A stretch of DNA of 64,000 nt from assembly GCA_045803515.1 (NCBI GenBank), contig JBJMOX010000341.1:4180-68179 (forward strand). The letters are read 5' to 3'. The number at the start of each line of letters is the position of its first letter. Within the stretch, counting starts at the first letter, position 1. The translations under genes and the position numbers were made by a program. Shown in pieces: positions 45,881 through 55,453 of this stretch. The notes below the pieces were generated by a model that had not been told where the DNA came from, did no database searches, and saw nothing but the letters and a program-made list of their open reading frames with translations. This DNA comes from Gemmatimonadales bacterium (GTDB lineage: Bacteria; Gemmatimonadota; Gemmatimonadetes; Gemmatimonadales; GWC2-71-9).

Positions 45881-46282
45881 TCAGCGCGAAGTTGAGTCGG
45901 GCGGCTGCGCGCGATCATATCCGGTGGTGTCGCGGGGCACGGCACCGGCGCTGGCGGAATCAGCCGCGGTGATGCCCGTAGAGTCCTGCGGGCCAGCAGG
46001 CGGCGGGATCGTGTCCCGCTCGATCCGGGTGTAGTCCGAAGTATCGTGGGTGGCCCCGGTGCCCTGGCGCTGAAGTAACGTGTCCACTGGTGTCTTGGCG
46101 CTGGTCGGAGTCGTTGCGGTATCCCGCGGCATGCCCTGATACCCCGGGGGGTTCTGGACCGTGGAGGTGTCACGAGCCGTCGTAACGGTGCCGTCATCCA
46201 GTCGCGCGGTGGTGCTCGAGCATGCCAGGCCGAGGGGCAGAAGCGCAAGCGCCGCGAGGGGCAGGGAAAGGTGAGCTCGCAT
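45881..46282 (-). CDS. Thr/Asp/Pro-rich lipoprotein, probably disordered
   Basis: MRAHLSLPLAALALLPLGLAC lipobox. Low-complexity remainder. Confidence 0.5.
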   Translation of the reverse strand: MRAHLSLPLAALALLPLGLACSSTTARLDDGTVTTARDTSTVQNPPGYQGMPRDTATTPTSAKTPVDTLLQRQGTGATHDTSDYTRIERDTIPPPAGPQDSTGITAADSASAGAVPRDTTGYDRAQPPDSTSR

Positions 46283-46638
46283 GTCGACCTCCTCAGATCG
46301 CGTTCGGACGAGCCGATAACAGGTTGGCAGATCGGAGCTCTGCAGACTCAGACGGTACCGGCGCGTCACAGGCACTGCCGTGACCACAGTCACCGGTGGA
46401 AACGCGCCAGGGGGCCCGGGAATTGCTAAGCTCTTCCAGCGGTCAGCAGCATTTGCCGCCGAGCCGCGGCCAGTGGGCGATTACCTGAGATAAATTGCTG
46501 GCGAGTATGGCCTTAAGCCTTGACATAGCCGCGGGGCCAAAGGCATACATACAGGATTATAGCGGAATCTCCGCAGCGTGCTCGCCACAGCAGCACCCGG
46601 ATGCATCACGTTACTGCGAACCCACAGGTGGGAACCTC

Positions 46639-48192
46639 GTGCTCTCCTTGCAGTCCCTTGCCCGATTCAGCATGGCCCTGGCCCTCATGGGCTCCATGGG
46701 GAGCCACGTCCTTCCCCTGCAAGCGCAGACCGATCCACAGTGGGTGGGCGAGCGGATGTCCCCCTGGTACCAGCGGGCGCTGCGCACCTCCCCCGGCGAA
46801 TGGGGCATCGCGGTGGCCGATCAGTCGGGCCGGATGCTGTGGAGCGTGAATCCGGAACAGCCACTCATGCCGGCCTCCACCGTGAAGCTGTTCACCACCG
46901 GGTTCGCCCGGAGCGTTCTCGGAGGCGGCGCCCGCCGGCCCACCCGCGTGGTCGGCGTCGGGTCGCTGGAACCGGGCACCGGGGAGTGGATCGGAAGCTG
47001 GGCGCTCGAGTTGAACGGCGACCCTTCGCTCGAGCGGGCCGAGGGGTCGGGGCCCACCCTCTATGACCTGGCGCTTCAGCTCGCCGGCGGCGGGGTTCGC
47101 AAGCTCACCGGCCCCCTTCAGGTCCAGAGCACCGACGGACCCGCCACTGCGGTGTATCCGGCGGCGTGGTCCTCCCGGCACCAGGGCCGGATCTTCGCCC
47201 CGCTCATCGGCCCGCTCACGCTGCACGAGAACGTCGTGTGGCTCACGGTCGTGCCCGGTGCCAAGCCGGGACAGCGCGTCCGGCTCATCGATACGGCACC
47301 GAGCGGCATCGGCTCGATGGTCAGCATCACCGCCAAGACCCGTACGGGACGGCGGTCGCGGCTGGTCCTGCGGACCCGCCTGGACGGCGGATGGGTGGTC
47401 AGCGGCACCATCGGCGTCCGAGCCCGTGCGCGCCGGCTGACCGGGGTCGCCGCGGACCCACGCGCGCTGCTGAACGCCGTCTGGGGTACGGCTCTCACCC
47501 GGGCGGGAATCCGTTGGAATGCTTCTCCCTTCATCGGCGCGCCACCCACCGGCGGGGTCCAGATCCTGGCCGAAGTGGCGTCGCCGTCGCTCGACTCCCT
47601 GGCCAGCGAAATCAATCGCCGCAGCCTCAACTTCGGCGCCGAGCTGCTGCTGCAATGGGCCGGGGGGCGCGAGCGCGGCCCGGAGCTCCTGACCGACCAC
47701 GTGCGCCAGGTGATCGGGTCCCAGGACGGGGTCTATCTGGTAGACGGGAGCGGGCTCTCCTATGATGACCGGGTCACCCCGGCGGCGTTCGTCTCCTATC
47801 TCGCGCGGTTCCCTACCACGCCGGCCGGCAGGAACTTCCCGCAACTGCTGCCGGCCAACGGCAGCGGCACCCTTCACCGGCTCAACAGCGGCTTTCCCGG
47901 TGTGGGAGTGGTGCGCGCGAAGACGGGCACACTGGGAACGGTGTCCACGATCGCGGGCTATCTGGGCCGCCCGGAAGGCACCCTCCTGGTGGCGCTGATG
48001 TACAACGGCAGCCGGCCCTGGGCGGCGCGCCAGGCCCAGTGGAAGCTCTTCCGGGAGCTCGGCGCCAACGGCGTCGTCATTCCGAGCGATACCCTTCCGG
48101 AGACACCTGCCCAGCTGGGCGGCGAAGAGACCTCTCATCCGGCCTGGTGGCCGGACACGGCGGCCGCCGTCGACTCCACCCCGGAGCACTGA
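46639..48192 (+). CDS. D-alanyl-D-alanine carboxypeptidase/endopeptidase (PBP4, S13 family)
   Basis: SxxK motif in PASTVKLFTTG, a DGSGLS segment (S13 second motif, SxN-type, not clearly identified) and KTG in AKTGTLG. Start uncertain: the ORF opens at 46495, with GTG at 46639 or ATG at 46672. Confidence 0.8.
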   Translation: MLSLQSLARFSMALALMGSMGSHVLPLQAQTDPQWVGERMSPWYQRALRTSPGEWGIAVADQSGRMLWSVNPEQPLMPASTVKLFTTGFARSVLGGGARRPTRVVGVGSLEPGTGEWIGSWALELNGDPSLERAEGSGPTLYDLALQLAGGGVRKLTGPLQVQSTDGPATAVYPAAWSSRHQGRIFAPLIGPLTLHENVVWLTVVPGAKPGQRVRLIDTAPSGIGSMVSITAKTRTGRRSRLVLRTRLDGGWVVSGTIGVRARARRLTGVAADPRALLNAVWGTALTRAGIRWNASPFIGAPPTGGVQILAEVASPSLDSLASEINRRSLNFGAELLLQWAGGRERGPELLTDHVRQVIGSQDGVYLVDGSGLSYDDRVTPAAFVSYLARFPTTPAGRNFPQLLPANGSGTLHRLNSGFPGVGVVRAKTGTLGTVSTIAGYLGRPEGTLLVALMYNGSRPWAARQAQWKLFRELGANGVVIPSDTLPETPAQLGGEETSHPAWWPDTAAAVDSTPEH

Positions 48193-48206
48193 GCTCCACC
48201 GGCCGG

Positions 48207-48932
48207 CTAGAACGTCACATGGGCCAGCTGCTGCCCTTGAGGCTCCGAGGAGCGATTCAGTGCGGGCTCCACGGTGAGCGCGGCACCCATCACGGGTGAC
48301 CGTACCGGGGGCATCCCAAGAGTGAAGAACGCGGGGCGGGCCGTGTCGGCGTTCACGGTGACCGAGCGCACCATGCCGCTCTCGGTGATGAACCAGAACT
48401 GATAGACGTTGCCGGCGGGGGCCGGCGGGAGCCCGTGGACCACCACGCACCAGCGGTGCGAGGCTGGGTCCTGGAAGATCAACAGGCCTCCGCGCCGGCC
48501 TTCCATCGCGATCGGCAGCTGCACCACCTGCCGGGCGCCGCGTAGCACCGAGAGCGTGTCCTCCAGCGCCACCAGCCGGTACTCCCGGTCGGCCAGAACC
48601 GAACGCAACACCTGCCGCTCCTCCCCGCTCCGATACCCGATTCCGATGGCGACCAGTAGACTGGCGGCCGCCAGGCCGTACGGCACCCACAGCCGCCAGC
48701 GTCCGCGGCGGTTCAGGACCTGCTCCGCGGTACGCCGGGCGAAGCCCGGCGGCGGGTCTTGGGGGGTGACTGCCATGGGAAGCCAGGCGAGGTCGCGCTC
48801 CATGCGTGCAACTTCGGCGGTGCACTCCGCGCATCCGGCCAGGTGGTCGCGAAAGGCCCGCTCCTCCCCCGCTTCGAGGCTGCGCGCCACGAATCCCGCG
48901 CGGTTCTCGACGTACCAGTCGTGCGCGTTCAT
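48207..48932 (-). CDS. Membrane-spanning anti-sigma factor (zf-HC2 N-terminus, RskA-like C-terminus)
   Basis: HLAGCAECTAEV (H-x3-C-x2-C), a central TM helix (WVPYGLAAASLLVAIGIGY), and an ATGA overlap with the ECF sigma stop. Confidence 0.8.
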   Translation of the reverse strand: MNAHDWYVENRAGFVARSLEAGEERAFRDHLAGCAECTAEVARMERDLAWLPMAVTPQDPPPGFARRTAEQVLNRRGRWRLWVPYGLAAASLLVAIGIGYRSGEERQVLRSVLADREYRLVALEDTLSVLRGARQVVQLPIAMEGRRGGLLIFQDPASHRWCVVVHGLPPAPAGNVYQFWFITESGMVRSVTVNADTARPAFFTLGMPPVRSPVMGAALTVEPALNRSSEPQGQQLAHVTF

Positions 48933-49576
48933 AGCACCCAATCCTTGATGGAGGCCAGCGAGACCCGAAGCTTCTCGAACGCCAGACGAAGCCGGGTCTT
49001 CACCGTGCCCATGGGGATCCCGAGCTGGCGCGCGATCTCCGAATGAGTGAGGCCCTGGAAGTAGGCGAGACGGACCGCCTCGCGTTGCTCGGCCGGCAGG
49101 GTGGCCAGGGCGGCGTGCACCGACTCGTGGACGTGCCATCCAGGCTTGGCGGACTCATCCAGCTCACCCCCGACCCGCCCGACCGGCAAGGCATCGAAGG
49201 TCTCGGCCCGGGCGTGCTTCACCTGCCACCGCCGGCGGCGCCGCAGCCGGTCGATCGCCCGATTGCGAGCGATGCGCAGCAGCCAGGGCATCAGCGCCCC
49301 ACCTTCCTCACCCAACCGGCCGATGCGATCCCAGGCGGTGGCGAACACTTCCAGAACCACCTCTTCGGCCTCGTCGGGATCGGCCAGCATGGACTGGGTC
49401 AGACCCAGCAGCCAGGGACTCGCCATCTCGATCAGCTGGGCCAGGGCCTGCTCGTCCCGCGCGAGGAGCCGCGCGCGGAGCGAACGCTCGGCTTCCGGTG
49501 CGAGCACCTCCCGCACCGGCCGCTCTTGCTCGGGCTGGCCGGCCTTCTTTCCGGGGTGGGATTCGGATCGGGCCAC
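48929..49576 (-). CDS. ECF (group 4) sigma-70 family factor
   Basis: Region 2 (VFATAWDRI, WLLRIARNRAIDRLR) and region 4 HTH (LTHSEIARQLGIPMGTVKTRL). Confidence 0.9.
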   Translation of the reverse strand: MARSESHPGKKAGQPEQERPVREVLAPEAERSLRARLLARDEQALAQLIEMASPWLLGLTQSMLADPDEAEEVVLEVFATAWDRIGRLGEEGGALMPWLLRIARNRAIDRLRRRRRWQVKHARAETFDALPVGRVGGELDESAKPGWHVHESVHAALATLPAEQREAVRLAYFQGLTHSEIARQLGIPMGTVKTRLRLAFEKLRVSLASIKDWVL

Positions 49577-49696
49577 GCCTATGACTGCATCGACAGCCCG
49601 CCGAGCGCAAGCGGCGGCCAGCGGCCGGGCGTGCTCGAACTAAGAACGTCCCGGTGCAGATTCCGGTTTGGGCGGGAAGGAAACGAGAACGGCGGC

Positions 49697-49720
49697 GGCC
49701 GCAGAGAGGCCCCTGCGGCC
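49697..49720 (-). terminator. Hairpin downstream of the small membrane-protein genes
   Basis: GGCCGCAG-N8-CTGCGGCC, 8-bp perfect stem, 7 nt after the stop at 49728. No clear U-tract. Confidence 0.35.
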
Positions 49721-49727
49721 GGTCGGC

Positions 49728-49949
49728 TCAGGCGCGGCGCGCGCCCGAGGCCAGCAAGACGACACCACCCACGATGGCGAGGGCACCGAGGATCGGGGGC
49801 ACCGGGAGAGACTCCTTCTTCTCGGTGGTCGCCTGAATCGGCCCGACGTCGAGTACCTTCTCCCTGCGGGTGAAGGAGAACCCGCCGTAGGCGAGCCCTG
49901 CGATCCCCACGATGATCAGCAGGATGCCAACGATCGTGGCAGCCTTCAT
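49728..49949 (-). CDS. Small two-TM membrane protein
   Basis: 73 aa from MKAATIVGILLIIVGIAGLAYGG, with a second helix ILGALAIVGGVVLLASG. ATGA overlap with the upstream small gene. Confidence 0.55.
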   Translation of the reverse strand: MKAATIVGILLIIVGIAGLAYGGFSFTRREKVLDVGPIQATTEKKESLPVPPILGALAIVGGVVLLASGARRA

Positions 49950-50095
49950 ACGACTCGTCGTCCCTGGATCAGCTGGATGATCGCGATGACGATGGCGACG
50001 ACCAGCAGGACGTGGATGAATCCTCCGAGGGTGTAGGAGGACACCATCCCCAGCAACCATAGCACCAGCAGAATGACGAAGATCGTCCACAGCAT
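49946..50095 (-). CDS. lmo0937-family small membrane protein
   Basis: MLWTIFVILLVLWLLGMVSSYTLGGFIHVLLVVAIVIAIIQLIQGRR matches the widely conserved lmo0937-type two-helix peptide as I recall it. Confidence 0.6.
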   Translation of the reverse strand: MLWTIFVILLVLWLLGMVSSYTLGGFIHVLLVVAIVIAIIQLIQGRRVV

Positions 50096-50391
50096 GTTAT
50101 CCCCCGGTGAAGGCGTTGATCTAAACATCTGAAGCGCCGCCTCCTCACGCGGTGAGGGCCGTCACGGTGATCTATCTCACCGGTAAGGAGACGAACGCCC
50201 CTGTCAGGGCCGGAGCGCCGGCTCCACTTCAGATTGTCAGGCTCCCGATCGACAGGTATGTTAGGAAGCCTCTAAGGCACGAGTGCGGGAGTGCCATCGG
50301 AATCCGCTTCAGAGCGTACGGTGCGTCCGCCCTCGCCCGCAGCCGTCAGTGCCTCTCAGCCTCTGCCCACCCCTGTCAGGGAGCTCATGCC

Positions 50392-51819
50392 ATGCGGCGT
50401 TCCTTCCTTCTGTTGAGCACTCTCGCAGCCGCCGCCCTTGCGGCTTGTTCAGAACAGTCTGTTGCCCCAGAGAACAGCCAGACCCCCTCGCTATCGAGCA
50501 GGAAGGCGGTCCAGCCCGGCGAGACCGGTCGCCACATCGTGTCCTTCGTGGGGCACGCCCCACGCGATTTCGCGTCACGCATCAGGGCACTCGGCGGCAA
50601 GATCGACTGGGTGAACAGCGACGCCGGTCTCGCGACAGTCAGCGGACTCCGCGCCACCGCCGCCGCCTCGCTCGCCAAGCAATCCGGCATCGCCTCGGTG
50701 GACCAAGACCTGGCCTTCGCGCTCGATCTGCCCACCTCGGGGCTGCAGGCCAAACCGGCCCGTGCCAGGGTGCAGAGCACCAACGATCCGGCGTCCGCGT
50801 TCTTCTTTGGACTCCAGTGGAACATGCTCGCGATCCACGCGGATCAGGCCTGGGCGGCCGGCAAGCTCGGAAGCAGCGATGTGAACGTCTTCCTCCTCGA
50901 TACCGGCATCGACTACCTGCATGCCGATCTCGCCGGACTGGTGGATCTGACCCGGTCGACCGATCTGCTGGGCACCTTCGACGTCGATGGCGTGCCGTTC
51001 ACCGAAGCGGATACCGTCGCCAAGTACTTTCCCGGGCGTGCGCCGTTCACGGATCTCTTCTTTCACGGCACCCACGTCGGCGCGACCATCAGCAGCAATG
51101 CCGTGGTGGCGGCGGGAGTGACATCGAAGTCGACGCTGGTGGCCGTGAAGGTGTGCGCCTATCTCAACATCTGCCCCTTCAGTTCGGTGCTCAACGGCCT
51201 CCTCTACGCCGCAAGCAACGGCGCGGATGTGATCAACATGAGCCTTGGCGGTGGTTTCGTGAAGGCAGGGAACGGCAGATTTGTCGGCCTGATCAACAAG
51301 ACATTCAACTATGCGCGATCCAAGGGGGCCACCATCGTGGTTGCAGCCGGCAACGCCGCCGCCGACCTGGACCACGTCGGCAATGTCTTCGTCACCTACT
51401 GCGACAGCCCCGGCGTCATCTGTGTTTCCGCGACGGGGCCGACCTCGCAGGTGTCGGACTTCGGCCCCTGGACCGACGTCGACCACTTCGCGTCCTACAG
51501 CAACTTCGGCCGATCTGCCATCAGCGTGGCGGCACCTGGTGGCGACAACGATTCGTTCGTGTGGGCGGCCTGCAGCCAGACCAGCCTCCTCATTCCCGCC
51601 TGTGCCGCCTCGCCCACCTTCGTCGTCGGCGCGCAGGGGACGAGCATGTCGACCGCGCACGTTTCCGGAGCGGCCGCGTCGCTGGTGGCGGAGCTGGGAC
51701 GCCACCACAGCCAGATCAAGCACGGCATTCAGCAGGGGGCGGATGACCTGGGTAAGCCCGGAACCGATCCCTTTTACGGGAAGGGTCGTCTGAACGTGGC
51801 TGGCGCACTCGGGCTCTGA
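50392..51819 (+). CDS. Subtilisin-like (S8) serine protease, lipoprotein
   Basis: Lipobox LAAC. Catalytic triad contexts LLDTGID (Asp), HGTHVGATI (His) and GTSMSTAHVSG (Ser). Confidence 0.88.
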   Translation: MRRSFLLLSTLAAAALAACSEQSVAPENSQTPSLSSRKAVQPGETGRHIVSFVGHAPRDFASRIRALGGKIDWVNSDAGLATVSGLRATAAASLAKQSGIASVDQDLAFALDLPTSGLQAKPARARVQSTNDPASAFFFGLQWNMLAIHADQAWAAGKLGSSDVNVFLLDTGIDYLHADLAGLVDLTRSTDLLGTFDVDGVPFTEADTVAKYFPGRAPFTDLFFHGTHVGATISSNAVVAAGVTSKSTLVAVKVCAYLNICPFSSVLNGLLYAASNGADVINMSLGGGFVKAGNGRFVGLINKTFNYARSKGATIVVAAGNAAADLDHVGNVFVTYCDSPGVICVSATGPTSQVSDFGPWTDVDHFASYSNFGRSAISVAAPGGDNDSFVWAACSQTSLLIPACAASPTFVVGAQGTSMSTAHVSGAAASLVAELGRHHSQIKHGIQQGADDLGKPGTDPFYGKGRLNVAGALGL

Positions 51820-51951
51820 GCCTGTCGGCGCTCGGCCGAGCCCGCTCCGCCGCCGCGTCCCAGCGGCGGAGTAGGCTGTCTCCGCTGGACGCTCCCCACC
51901 CGGCTCGGTAGCTTCAGGGCAACGTCTTATCCCCACTCCCAACGGACTTCC

Positions 51952-54144
51952 ATGGCGACACTGACACGCCCGAGCGCTCCACCGGAGACGCCCGTACACA
52001 GACCCTTCGTTGGGCCTGACCAGTCTCCGGCCGAGCTCACCGCCCGGGCCCTGATCCTGGGCGCGCTCCTCGGGGTCGTCTTCGCCGCCTCGAGCGTCTA
52101 TCTCGCGCTCAAGATCGGACTCACCGTTTCCGCGTCCATTCCCATCGCGGTGCTCTCGGTGGCGTTCTTCCGGACCCTGGGCCGGTCGACCATCCTGGAG
52201 AACAACATCGTCCAGACCACGGGCTCGGCCGGCGAATCGATCGCGGCCGGGACCGTCTTCACGCTCCCGGCGATTCTGCTCATGGGCTACGATCTGACGG
52301 TCGGCAAGGTCGCCGTCATCGCCGTGGTGGGCGGGCTGCTGGGCATCCTGCTCATGATCCCGCTCCGGCGGGCGCTCATCGTCAAGGAGCATGGGCGCCT
52401 CACCTACCCCGAAGGGACGGCCTGCGCCGAGGTGCTGGTGGCCGGCGAGAAGGGCGGACTTGAGGCGCGGCGGCTGTTCCAGGCATTCGGGCTCGCCTTC
52501 GCGTACAAGTTCCTGATGTCGGGCCTCAAGGCCTGGAAGGAGTACCCCGGCTGGGTCTCCCGCTCCTATACCGGTGCCTCGATCTCGGCCGAGGTGTCGC
52601 CAGAGCTGCTGGGGGTGGGCTACATCATCGGGCCCAGGATCGCGGGGTACCTCTTCTCCGGCGGCTGCATCGCCTACCTGGTGCTCATTCCGGCAATCAA
52701 GCTCTTCGGCGCCGGCCTCACCAAGCCGATCTTCGCCGAAACCAAGCTCATTGCCGACATGAGCCCGGGCGAGGTCCGGGCGAATTTCGTCTTCTACATC
52801 GGCGCGGGCGCGGTGGCGACGGCGGGCATCATCGCGCTGATCCGGGCGCTCCCCACGATCGTCGGCGCGTTCCGTTCGGGGTTCCAGGACCTCCGGGGCA
52901 GCATGGGCGACATGGCCACCCGGCTCCGTACCGACCTCGACCTGCCGATCTGGGTGACGCTCGCGGGCGCGGTGCTGCTCGCGCTGCTCCTCACCATACT
53001 CCCGCAGCTCGCGGTGAATCTCCTGGGCGCCGTGCTGATCGTGATCTTCGGGTTCTTCTTCGTCGTGGTGTCCTCTCGCATTACCGGCGAGATCGGGGTG
53101 AGCGCCAACCCGGTCTCCGGAATGACCATCGCCGCCCTCATCGGCACGACGACGATCTTTCTCCTGATCGGGTGGACCGGGGTGGACCACCGGGTGGGTG
53201 CGATTTCCATCGCCGGGGTCATCGCCGTGGCCGCGAGCAACGCGGGGGCCACCAGCCAGGACCTCAAGACCGGCTTTCTGGTCGGCGCCACGCCGCGGCG
53301 GCAGCAGATCGCCATCATGGTCGGGGCGGTGACGTCCGCCCTCGCCATCGGCTGGACGCTCGCGCTGCTCAACAGCACCTACACCAACATCGTGCCGGAG
53401 CGGCATCCGGGAGTGACCCTGCAGGCGTCGGCACCGGGTACGGCGGACCGGTCCACCACCACTCTCGGTGAGCGGATGACGCACGACGGACGCGCCTGGG
53501 ACGTGGTGCGGGTCAACCTGCCGATCCAGGGCGTGCAACCGGGCAAGTACCTGGTCGAGCCGAGCACGCGGGAGATCGCCTACCTGGTCGACCCGGGAAT
53601 CGGCGGGCGGATCCGGGAGATCGACGGGCGGCCGATCACCAAGCTGGACTCGCCCAAAGCGACGATCATGGCGCTGGTGACCGATGGGATCCTGACCCAG
53701 AAGCTTCCCTGGGGACTGGTGCTGATCGGGGTGTTTCTCACCTTCGCGATCGAGCTGATGGGACTCCAGTCGCTGCCGATCGCGGTCGGCGTCTACCTGC
53801 CGATCTCCACTTCGTCGGCCATGTTCGCGGGCGGGGTGGTCCGCTGGCTGGTCGAGCGACGGACTCGCGGGAGCAATCGATCGATCGCGGAGGTCGAGTC
53901 GGGGCCCGGCGTCCTGTTCTCCAGCGGACTGATCGCCGGCGGGGCGCTCGCGGGGGTGGCGATCGCGGGGATCGCCGCGGCCCTGGTGCAGCGGGCCGAT
54001 GCCGTTCAGGTGCCCGCGGCGGACTATCTGGCCTACGTAGCGGGACTGCAGAAGGCGCTGGGATCGGTCCCTCAGAGCGATCTGGTGGCGCTGCTCCTCT
54101 TCGCCGGCCTGGCAGCGGTGCTGCACCGGGTCGCGAGTCGCTGA
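51952..54144 (+). CDS. OPT-family oligopeptide transporter
   Basis: 730 aa with about 16 TM segments. ALKIGLTVSASIP, IVQTTGSAGESIAAG and SQDLKTGFLVGATPR are typical of bacterial OPT proteins. Confidence 0.88.
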   Translation: MATLTRPSAPPETPVHRPFVGPDQSPAELTARALILGALLGVVFAASSVYLALKIGLTVSASIPIAVLSVAFFRTLGRSTILENNIVQTTGSAGESIAAGTVFTLPAILLMGYDLTVGKVAVIAVVGGLLGILLMIPLRRALIVKEHGRLTYPEGTACAEVLVAGEKGGLEARRLFQAFGLAFAYKFLMSGLKAWKEYPGWVSRSYTGASISAEVSPELLGVGYIIGPRIAGYLFSGGCIAYLVLIPAIKLFGAGLTKPIFAETKLIADMSPGEVRANFVFYIGAGAVATAGIIALIRALPTIVGAFRSGFQDLRGSMGDMATRLRTDLDLPIWVTLAGAVLLALLLTILPQLAVNLLGAVLIVIFGFFFVVVSSRITGEIGVSANPVSGMTIAALIGTTTIFLLIGWTGVDHRVGAISIAGVIAVAASNAGATSQDLKTGFLVGATPRRQQIAIMVGAVTSALAIGWTLALLNSTYTNIVPERHPGVTLQASAPGTADRSTTTLGERMTHDGRAWDVVRVNLPIQGVQPGKYLVEPSTREIAYLVDPGIGGRIREIDGRPITKLDSPKATIMALVTDGILTQKLPWGLVLIGVFLTFAIELMGLQSLPIAVGVYLPISTSSAMFAGGVVRWLVERRTRGSNRSIAEVESGPGVLFSSGLIAGGALAGVAIAGIAAALVQRADAVQVPAADYLAYVAGLQKALGSVPQSDLVALLLFAGLAAVLHRVASR

Positions 54145-54145
54145 A

Positions 54146-54565
54146 TTGGCGGGCTCGGGTCCGGTCTCTCCCACGGCCAGCGCCCGGCTCATTCACGCGG
54201 CGCTGGTCCTCGGCGTGGTGCTGTTCTGCCTGGTGGCCTGGGCCGTGAGGGACGCCGTGCCATCGGCGGAGCTCCCCAACCGACGGGTATTGTACATCTG
54301 CCTGGCGGTGGTCAGCGCCGCCTTGTTTGGAGCCGCCGCCTTCACGGCCAACCGCATGCCCCCTCCCGGACCGGGACAATCGGCGGACGATTGGTGGCAC
54401 ATCAACCTGGGGCGCGCGGTATTCATCTGGGCGCTGGTCGACACGCCCGCGATGCTTGGTACCATTGGGTACCTGCTCACGCGGGATTTTCGCGCGCTGC
54501 TCGCGCCGTTCATCGGCCTGCTGCTGTTCGCCAACTATCGACCAACCCGCCTGACCGGAAGCTGA
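54146..54565 (+). CDS. Four-TM membrane protein, unknown function
   Basis: 139-aa ORF with a TTG start 1 nt after the OPT stop and hydrophobic helices. No motif recognised. Confidence 0.45.
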   Translation: MAGSGPVSPTASARLIHAALVLGVVLFCLVAWAVRDAVPSAELPNRRVLYICLAVVSAALFGAAAFTANRMPPPGPGQSADDWWHINLGRAVFIWALVDTPAMLGTIGYLLTRDFRALLAPFIGLLLFANYRPTRLTGS

Positions 54566-55453
54566 ATGAGGGTCATGACCCTGCTGCCGGCCGCCACCGA
54601 GATGGTCGCGGCGCTGGGCGGCGCGGACCAGCTCGTGGGGATCTCGCATGAATGTGACTTCCCGCCGACCCTAGGCGAGATCCCTCGCGTCACCACCACT
54701 CCGATCGATCCGACCGCACCTAGCGCCACCATCGACGCCGAGGTCCGCGCTCTCCGCGAGGCGGGCCGACCGGTCATCGCGGTAGACGCCGCCCTGCTCC
54801 AGCGCCTCGCGCCCGATCTCATCGTGACGCAGGATCTCTGCGAGGTCTGCGCCGTCGCTGGCGGAGAGGTCCACCGGCTGGCGTCCGCGCTGCCGCGACA
54901 GCCGGTGGTGCTCTCGCTGAGCGGCCGGACACTCGAGGGGGTGTGGGAGGACCTCCGGCGGGTGAGCCGGGCCCTTGGGCGGGAGGACGAGGGCAACGCC
55001 CTTCTCGCGCGCCTGGTGGGTCGGCTGGAGCGACTCGCGAGCAGGGCGCCGCCGCACCGGCCCCGCACGGTATGCGTCGAATGGCTCGACCCGCCCTTCC
55101 TCGCTGGCCATTGGATCCCCGAGCTGGTGGAAGCGGCGGGAGGCAGGGACGTCGGAGCCCGGCCCGGCGCCCATTCAATGCGCACCACCTGGCGCGACGT
55201 CGTGGCCCTTCGTCCCGACCTGGTGATCGTGATGCTCTGCGGCTTTGGCGTCGAGCGATCAGTCGTGGAGCTGCAAGAGCTGCTCGACGCCGAGGGCCGG
55301 CGACTGCTCAGCAATGCCCCAACCTGGGTCATGGACGGCAACGCGTACACCTCGCGCCCGGGACCACGATTGGTGGACGGGGCGGAGCGCCTGCAATCCG
55401 CCATGCTGGGACGGGAGATGGACGGCCTGGTGCGATGGCGCCCCTCGGCGTGA
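54566..55453 (+). CDS. BtuF/FhuD-class (cluster A-II) binding protein homologue without signal peptide
   Basis: MRVMTLLPAATEMVAALGGADQLVGISHECDFP and DLIVTQDLCEVC resemble cobalamin/siderophore PBPs. The N-terminus lacks a signal sequence. Confidence 0.65.
   Translation: MRVMTLLPAATEMVAALGGADQLVGISHECDFPPTLGEIPRVTTTPIDPTAPSATIDAEVRALREAGRPVIAVDAALLQRLAPDLIVTQDLCEVCAVAGGEVHRLASALPRQPVVLSLSGRTLEGVWEDLRRVSRALGREDEGNALLARLVGRLERLASRAPPHRPRTVCVEWLDPPFLAGHWIPELVEAAGGRDVGARPGAHSMRTTWRDVVALRPDLVIVMLCGFGVERSVVELQELLDAEGRRLLSNAPTWVMDGNAYTSRPGPRLVDGAERLQSAMLGREMDGLVRWRPSA

Noticed and set aside
46357-46376. Near-palindrome GTCACAGGCACTGCCGTGAC upstream of the PBP4 gene
   Set aside because: It is imperfect, single-copy, and has no associated promoter elements I could define. 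Too weak to call.
49577-49696. ECF-type promoter (GGAAT ... CGTT) upstream of the ECF sigma gene
   Set aside because: The spacing between the -35-like GGAAT and the CGT element is about 11 nt rather than 16-17, so it cannot be supported from sequence alone.
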